Below are positions 36,782-41,593 of a stretch of DNA of 41,593 bases, in pieces. A program made the translations under genes and the position numbers. Source of the DNA: Acidobacteriota bacterium (GTDB lineage: Bacteria > Acidobacteriota > Polarisedimenticolia > J045); assembly GCA_024763475.1 (NCBI GenBank), contig JANTFM010000003.1:1-41593 (forward strand), in the 5' to 3' direction. Position 1 is the first letter of the stretch. Each line of letters starts with the position of its first letter. Below the pieces are notes generated by a model. That model saw only the letters and a list, made by a program, of their open reading frames with translations, did not search any database and was not told the DNA's origin.

Positions 36782-38845
36782 CTAGGGGCAGGGACCGATT
36801 CGCTGCGTTACGCAGGCTTCCACAGAGGGTGGCCGTTCCGCGTCGCTGCTCGTGCGGCCGTAGGATCCCTCGGCATCTTCCACGCGGGGAACCACGATAT
36901 AGAAATGCGCGCCGGACGAGGGCGTGATGGTCGCGGAGGTGGCTCCACCGGTGCTGCACTGGATGGGAGTCTTGCCCTCCGGATCATCGAAGGCACCTTC
37001 GTAGATTTCGTAGTCCGTTCCGCCACCGCACGCCGCGGCCCACGCCAAGTCGAGACTCGGGCTATCCTGGTTCTTCGCGACCGTGAGAGGATCGCCCGGC
37101 AATCCCTGGCTCCCGTAAATGCGACCGGCGCCCGCAGCACTGCCGGACAAGATGCCGGACACATAGATGTCGACCGAATCTCCCGGAGAGCCGCTCTCGC
37201 TGCGGTTGTCGGTATAGATCGCCATCAGGTCATCCAACACGATATCGAGACCGCTGTAATCACCGAACTCGAAGACATCATCAATGTGGGCCGACGTTTC
37301 GGCTGTAACTCGTTCCTCAGCGGACCAGGTCTTTCCACCATCCGTCGAGAATGTGTAGTAGACATCCACTCCGCTGCGATCCGCGGTGTTGCGCGTGTTG
37401 TAATAAACAAGGTGAACCGCACCGTCGACCCCCGCCGCAATAGACGGTTGCCAGCGGTCAACCTCGAGGATGTCGTCACTGCGGTGGGGAGTGACGATCG
37501 ACCAGGTCGCTCCCCCATCGTGCGATCGAGCAACCTGGATGCGGGAGTGGTTCGCTTGGGAATCGCTGACAACTGGAGCCGTCGTGTCGGACCAAGCAAG
37601 GTACACACTGTCGGCATCCGGCCCATCGGAGAGATCCGCCGTCGCGGACAGATACACGCTGGCTTCACGAATCTCCTGCGACGGCAAGGGGAACGCGTAG
37701 GCTGCCTCCGTCGCTGCTACAAGAATCGACGGCTCGAAGCTGTTCCCTGCATCTGTCGATTTCCTCAGGCGAATGGAACGGCTCTGGTAGGCCGGCCAGG
37801 CAGCGTAGACAAAACCGTTTCGATCCGTCGTGACGTCACCGGCTACACCAAGCTCCTCGTCTCCTGAGGAGAGGAACCGGCCGTGCCACTCGTTGCCAAA
37901 GTCACGGGACCATGCCAAGAGAACGTCTCCGCCGACATCGTAGATCATGTAGATGCTGTCCCTCTCGGGCGAGTCGGCATGCCTGTCCACGTGCAGGAAA
38001 GGCCGGTTCCCGTTGCTGACGATGCAGCGGCGGGGATTCCCAGGGGTATCATCCTCAAGATCGTTCCAGCTCGCTCCACCATCATCCGATCGGTAGAAGC
38101 AGGCCTCGCAACCAGAGAGACCACAGTTGACGAGAGCGGATCCGTAGGCGAGGACCCCATCCGCAGACCACTCGACCGATGGGTCGCAGCACGTTCCGCC
38201 CAAGGGAAGCTCCGTCTGCGTCCAAGTCTCCCCACCATCGGTCGAGTAGTGCATATGGACTTCGTCGTTTGGACCAATCGATCCTGCGACGACATGGGAC
38301 GGACTCGACGGAGAGATGGCGACAGCCGCTTCAGCTGCGTCTTCCGGCCGCGTCACACGAACGTCTCCCGACGCAAAGTCCGTTCCCTGCTCAGGGGCAG
38401 AAGACGGCACCTCGCCTTCCTTCAGGACAATCCAGTAGCGGTCTCGGGTGCGGGTTGCCCTGCGATAGCTCCGCCCGCTGACCAAGTATCCTCCATACAT
38501 CTTCCGGAAGACATTGAGCGCGTTGAGAGGATAGCGTCGTGGGGAGTCCCGACCGAGTTCTGGCCGCGCGCGGCGCAGCGCGACACGGAAGAAGGCAGGA
38601 AGCGGCTCTCGAATCCCGGCCTCGTCACGGGCCAATGACCCGAGATCCTCTGCGGAAAGCTGGTAATTGCGGTCATCCCAAGGGCCGAGGGTCACCAGGG
38701 CCTCGTAGTCGACGCTACGATCAACGCCCCGTGCGCTGTCAATGGCGACGGTCCGCTCCTCGTCGATGAAGGTCTGCGAGTGCGCTGGCCGTGACGCGCT
38801 GCCTGCAATCAGCAGCGCCACTATCATGAATCCCGTGCGAGACAT
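36782..38845 (-). CDS. Secreted BNR/Asp-box (sialidase-like) protein with shared C-terminal 'CP' domain
   Basis: Signal peptide. Asp-boxes STDGGETW, SDDGGASW, SRDFGNEW, STDAGNSF, SHDGGATW and STDGGKTW, plus GDY. Ends EGSYGRTSSDAERPP...C...GPCP. RBS GGAGG. Confidence 0.86.
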   Translation of the reverse strand: MSRTGFMIVALLIAGSASRPAHSQTFIDEERTVAIDSARGVDRSVDYEALVTLGPWDDRNYQLSAEDLGSLARDEAGIREPLPAFFRVALRRARPELGRDSPRRYPLNALNVFRKMYGGYLVSGRSYRRATRTRDRYWIVLKEGEVPSSAPEQGTDFASGDVRVTRPEDAAEAAVAISPSSPSHVVAGSIGPNDEVHMHYSTDGGETWTQTELPLGGTCCDPSVEWSADGVLAYGSALVNCGLSGCEACFYRSDDGGASWNDLEDDTPGNPRRCIVSNGNRPFLHVDRHADSPERDSIYMIYDVGGDVLLAWSRDFGNEWHGRFLSSGDEELGVAGDVTTDRNGFVYAAWPAYQSRSIRLRKSTDAGNSFEPSILVAATEAAYAFPLPSQEIREASVYLSATADLSDGPDADSVYLAWSDTTAPVVSDSQANHSRIQVARSHDGGATWSIVTPHRSDDILEVDRWQPSIAAGVDGAVHLVYYNTRNTADRSGVDVYYTFSTDGGKTWSAEERVTAETSAHIDDVFEFGDYSGLDIVLDDLMAIYTDNRSESGSPGDSVDIYVSGILSGSAAGAGRIYGSQGLPGDPLTVAKNQDSPSLDLAWAAACGGGTDYEIYEGAFDDPEGKTPIQCSTGGATSATITPSSGAHFYIVVPRVEDAEGSYGRTSSDAERPPSVEACVTQRIGPCP

Positions 38846-39301
38846 GATTTCCGAACCTCCTCCCGGGCCTCCCGAAAGGGAAGCTGATCGACCTTGGCTC
38901 CTATGGTAGGACGCGTGGAGAGACCCGCCTATTAGGGAATGCCTGACTTATGCACGCGGGAAACCTTAGCCCGATGGATGCATGAGGCTCAGAGTCCAAT
39001 CGCCGTCGATAGACGCTCGATGGCTGGCACGTAGCTTCAAACACCTGATCTGTGCCCGAGAAGGGTACCCCGCAGGATGGCAGACGCGAGGACTGGTTAG
39101 AGGACCTACAAGGGTCCGACCAGGGTTCAGATAGGGTGATTGGACCGAGGCGCGCATGCCGATTCTCGGTAGAGGCACTGGGAGATCCTGAGGCCCGTTG
39201 GACGCAGCGATCGTGCCTCCGAAAGGAAAGAACCGCGCGAATCGCTCGAATTGTGGTTCATTGACGTATTGGACGCGGTGTCCGCTCAAAGGAGCAAGAT
39301 C

Positions 39302-39476
39302 ATGAAAGAGTTCTCGAAAGACCTTCCTTGCCACTCTGCTTGGCGCTCTTGCCGCTGCCGGCTGCCTCGTTCTGCTTGGCGTCGCGGTCGTCACCATCAC
39401 CAGCGCATCCAGAAAGATCGAGGTCGAGGATGGAAGCTGGCGATTCGGTATTGTCCTTGAACTTGACAATGTCTAA
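39302..39476 (+). pseudogene. Frameshifted 5' gene remnant resembling the N-terminus of signal peptide peptidase SppA
   Basis: RBS AAAGGAG and ATG 39302. Removing one A from the AAA at 39317-19 gives MKEFSKTFLATLLGALAAAGCLVLLGVAVVTITSASRKIEVEDGSW, with a stop at 39474. Confidence 0.4.
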
Positions 39477-39491
39477 ATTTTACCCTAGTCT
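39463..39491 (+). promoter_or_regulatory. Sigma70-type promoter giving a leaderless perR transcript
   Basis: TTGACA-17-TAGTCT-7 nt-ATG (39499), with no Shine-Dalgarno sequence. Confidence 0.68.
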
Positions 39492-39498
39492 AACACCA

Positions 39499-39894
39499 AT
39501 GAAACGCAACGAGGCAGCCCTTCTCAGGGAGCATGGCATCAACCCGTCCGCACAGCGTGTCGCGGTCGCCCAGCACGTGCTACACACCGGAGAGCACCCG
39601 TCGGCCGACGAGGTGTGGAAACGGGTGCGAGAGCGCTTTCCGCAGATCTCGCGTGCAACGGTCTACAACACGCTCAACCTGTTCGTGGACAAGGGCTTGC
39701 TGCGGCGCTTCGTGCTGGTCGAAGGCCGCGTCGTCTTCGATCCGAGGGTCGAGAATCACCACCATTTCCTCGACGAGGAAAGCGGAATGCTCCACGACCT
39801 GCCTTGGGACGCGCTGGAGGTTTCCGGGGTCACTCAACTCAAGGGCTTCGACGTGCGCGAATTCCAGGTGGTCCTGCGGGGAAAGAAAGCTTGA
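39499..39894 (+). CDS. perR: Fur-family peroxide-stress regulator (PerR/Irr-like, no CxxC)
   Basis: [24 protein letters not shown] and [10 protein letters not shown]. Directly upstream of catalase. Confidence 0.85.
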   Translation: MKRNEAALLREHGINPSAQRVAVAQHVLHTGEHPSADEVWKRVRERFPQISRATVYNTLNLFVDKGLLRRFVLVEGRVVFDPRVENHHHFLDEESGMLHDLPWDALEVSGVTQLKGFDVREFQVVLRGKKA

Positions 39895-39940
39895 AGTCGG
39901 TGCCTGCTGCGGAAGAGGAAGTTTTTTTTGGCCATAAAGA

Positions 39941-39970
39941 TAGACGTTATCTACTTCTAGATCTTATCCA
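39941..39970. promoter_or_regulatory. Candidate Fur/PerR boxes upstream of catalase
   Basis: TAGAC-GTT-ATCTA (39941-53) and TAGAT-CTT-ATCCA (39958-70). Similar to TTGAC-AAT-GTCTA (39463-75) over the perR -35. Confidence 0.5.
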
Positions 39971-39986
39971 CACAGGAGCAAACGCC

Positions 39987-41444
39987 ATGTCCAAGAAAGC
40001 AAAGTTGACCACGGCCGGAGGTATCCCGGTCCCTGACAACCAGAACAGCCTGACGGCCGGCGAGAGGGGGCCCCTCCTTGCGCAGGACTGGCAGCTCTTC
40101 GAGAAGCACGCGCACTTCAACCGTGAGCGAATCCCCGAACGGGTCGTCCACGCCAAGGGCTCCGCAGCCTACGGAACGCTCACCATCACCGGAGACATCA
40201 CGACGTACAGCAAGGCGAAAATTTTCGCGGAGATCGGCAAGCAAACCGAGTGCTTCCTGCGCTTCTCCACGGTTGCAGGAGAACGGGGGGCCGCCGATGC
40301 GGAGCGGGACGTGCGCGGCTTCGCACTGAAGTTCTACACCGAGGAAGGAAACTGGGACCTTGTCGGCAACAACACTCCCGTCTTTTTCGTGCTCGACCCC
40401 TACAAGTTCCCGGACTTCATCCACACCCAGAAACGGGACCCGAAAACAAACCTGCGCAATCCAACTGCGATGTGGGACTTCTGGTCGCTCTCGCCCGAAA
40501 CTCTCCACCAAGTCACGATCCTGTTTTCGGACCGGGGTCTGCCGCGAAGCTATCGCCACATGAATGGCTACGGCTCCCACACCTTCAGCCTCATCAACGC
40601 CGAAGGCGAACGATCCTGGGTCAAGTTCCATTTCAAGACCGAGCAAGGCATCGAGTGCCTTAGCAACGAGGAGGCCGCGAAACTCGTCGGCGAGGACCGT
40701 GAGAGCCACCAGCGTGATCTCGCCGACGCCATCGAGCGTGGTGACCACCCGCGCTGGACCTTCTACGTGCAGGTGATGCCCGAGGACGATGCCGAGAAGG
40801 TGCCCTACAACCCCTTCGACCTGACGAAGGTCTGGCCTCACGGCGACTACCCGCTGATCGAGGTCGGCACCCTCGAACTCAATCGCAATCCGGAAAACTA
40901 CTTCGCAGAGGTCGAACAGTCGTGCTTCTCTCCCGCGAACGTCGTGCCAGGAATCTCGCACAGCCCCGACAAGATGCTCCAGTTCCGGATCCTCTCCTAC
41001 GGGGATGCCCACAGGCACCGCCTCGGCGTGAACTACGAGTCTCTGCCGGTGAACCGGGCTCGCTGCCCGGTCCATAATTACTATCGCGATGGCGCCATGC
41101 GTTTCGATGATAACGAGGGCGGATCCGTGAACTATGAACCCAACAGCTCAGGAGGCCCGATCGAAGTGCCGGAGGTCAAGGAGCCGCCGCTCGAAGTGCG
41201 CGGCGCGGCGGACCGCTACAATCCGCGTGAGGACAACGACCACTTCTCGCAGGCAGGTGATCTGTTCCGCCTGATGAGCGCCGAAGAACGTCAGCGCCTC
41301 GCCGCAAATATCGCTTCTGCGATGCGAGGCGTTCCCGAGCCCATACAGCAACGGCAGTTGGGTCACTTCTACAAGGCCGATCCCGAGTACGGCCAGGCGG
41401 TAGCCGAAGCCCTTGGGCTACCCGCTGCAGACGTCCGTCATTGA
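39987..41444 (+). CDS. katA: Monofunctional small-subunit heme catalase
   Basis: [35 protein letters not shown] and [23 protein letters not shown] 39987 after AGGAG. Confidence 0.97.
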   Translation: MSKKAKLTTAGGIPVPDNQNSLTAGERGPLLAQDWQLFEKHAHFNRERIPERVVHAKGSAAYGTLTITGDITTYSKAKIFAEIGKQTECFLRFSTVAGERGAADAERDVRGFALKFYTEEGNWDLVGNNTPVFFVLDPYKFPDFIHTQKRDPKTNLRNPTAMWDFWSLSPETLHQVTILFSDRGLPRSYRHMNGYGSHTFSLINAEGERSWVKFHFKTEQGIECLSNEEAAKLVGEDRESHQRDLADAIERGDHPRWTFYVQVMPEDDAEKVPYNPFDLTKVWPHGDYPLIEVGTLELNRNPENYFAEVEQSCFSPANVVPGISHSPDKMLQFRILSYGDAHRHRLGVNYESLPVNRARCPVHNYYRDGAMRFDDNEGGSVNYEPNSSGGPIEVPEVKEPPLEVRGAADRYNPREDNDHFSQAGDLFRLMSAEERQRLAANIASAMRGVPEPIQQRQLGHFYKADPEYGQAVAEALGLPAADVRH

Positions 41445-41593
41445 GACCCTGGACGGTGACCGCGGCGTGGATCTTCCGCACCGTGGGCTGCTCCCTACAG
41501 ACGTCCGTCATTGAGACCCTGGACGGTGACCGCGGCGTGGATCTTCCGCACCGTGGGCTGCTCCCTACAGACGTCCGTCATTGAGACCCTGGA
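41428..41593. repeat. Exact 70-bp tandem repeat (at least 2.4 copies) including the katA stop codon, running off the window
   Basis: ACGTCCGTCATTGAGACCCTGGA recurs at 41431, 41501 and 41571, with identical intervening sequence. Confidence 0.95.

Noticed and set aside
39025-39042. Sigma54 promoter TGGCACG...TTCA, or a tRNA-Sec anticodon loop (CTTCAAA)
   Set aside because: The -12 GC is missing, and no tRNA cloverleaf can be formed around it.
38966-39469. 167-aa minus-strand ORF
   Set aside because: Atypical composition, and it overlaps the perR promoter and the plus-strand remnant.
41428-41593. CRISPR array
   Set aside because: The whole 70-bp unit is identical between copies, so there are no unique spacers, and no cas genes are present.

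Overview
GC-rich bacterial chromosomal window from a diderm organism (outer-membrane beta-barrels, a TonB domain, lipoproteins); Acidobacteriota is a guess only. Gene order: addA (partial, missing from the ORF track because it runs off the edge), addB, a Nudix-MBL fusion, hppD-hmgA, an OM beta-barrel, a DegT aminotransferase, two hypotheticals, a degenerate PAS-GGDEF-PilZ protein, YkgJ plus amidohydrolase, glnA, a secreted 9-heme cytochrome, apaG-speA-speB, a TPR/transglutaminase-like lipoprotein, BlaI plus an M56-TonB fusion with a perfect operator, a DUF5916-like OM protein, two divergent redox genes, three tandem secreted proteins, perR-katA, and a 70-bp tandem repeat at the edge. Two signals stand out. 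(1) Four otherwise unrelated signal-peptide proteins end in a similar ~105-120 aa Cys-containing domain (W..C..Y..EGSxG..S..RP..C..CP-COOH; three close copies, one divergent), a candidate export or surface-anchoring signal. (2) The divergent AhpD-like and peroxiredoxin genes each have an in-frame TGA exactly at the catalytic Cys, followed 21-24 nt later by a hairpin with a shared CTC-CGTG motif, so both are probably selenoproteins; the peroxiredoxin has a signal peptide. Also seen: a CCCAGGTTGAT repeat both intergenic and in-frame inside addA, several long structured intergenic elements, a leaderless perR with candidate operator boxes, and a frameshifted sppA-like remnant. Family names come from motif recognition only; no searches were run.
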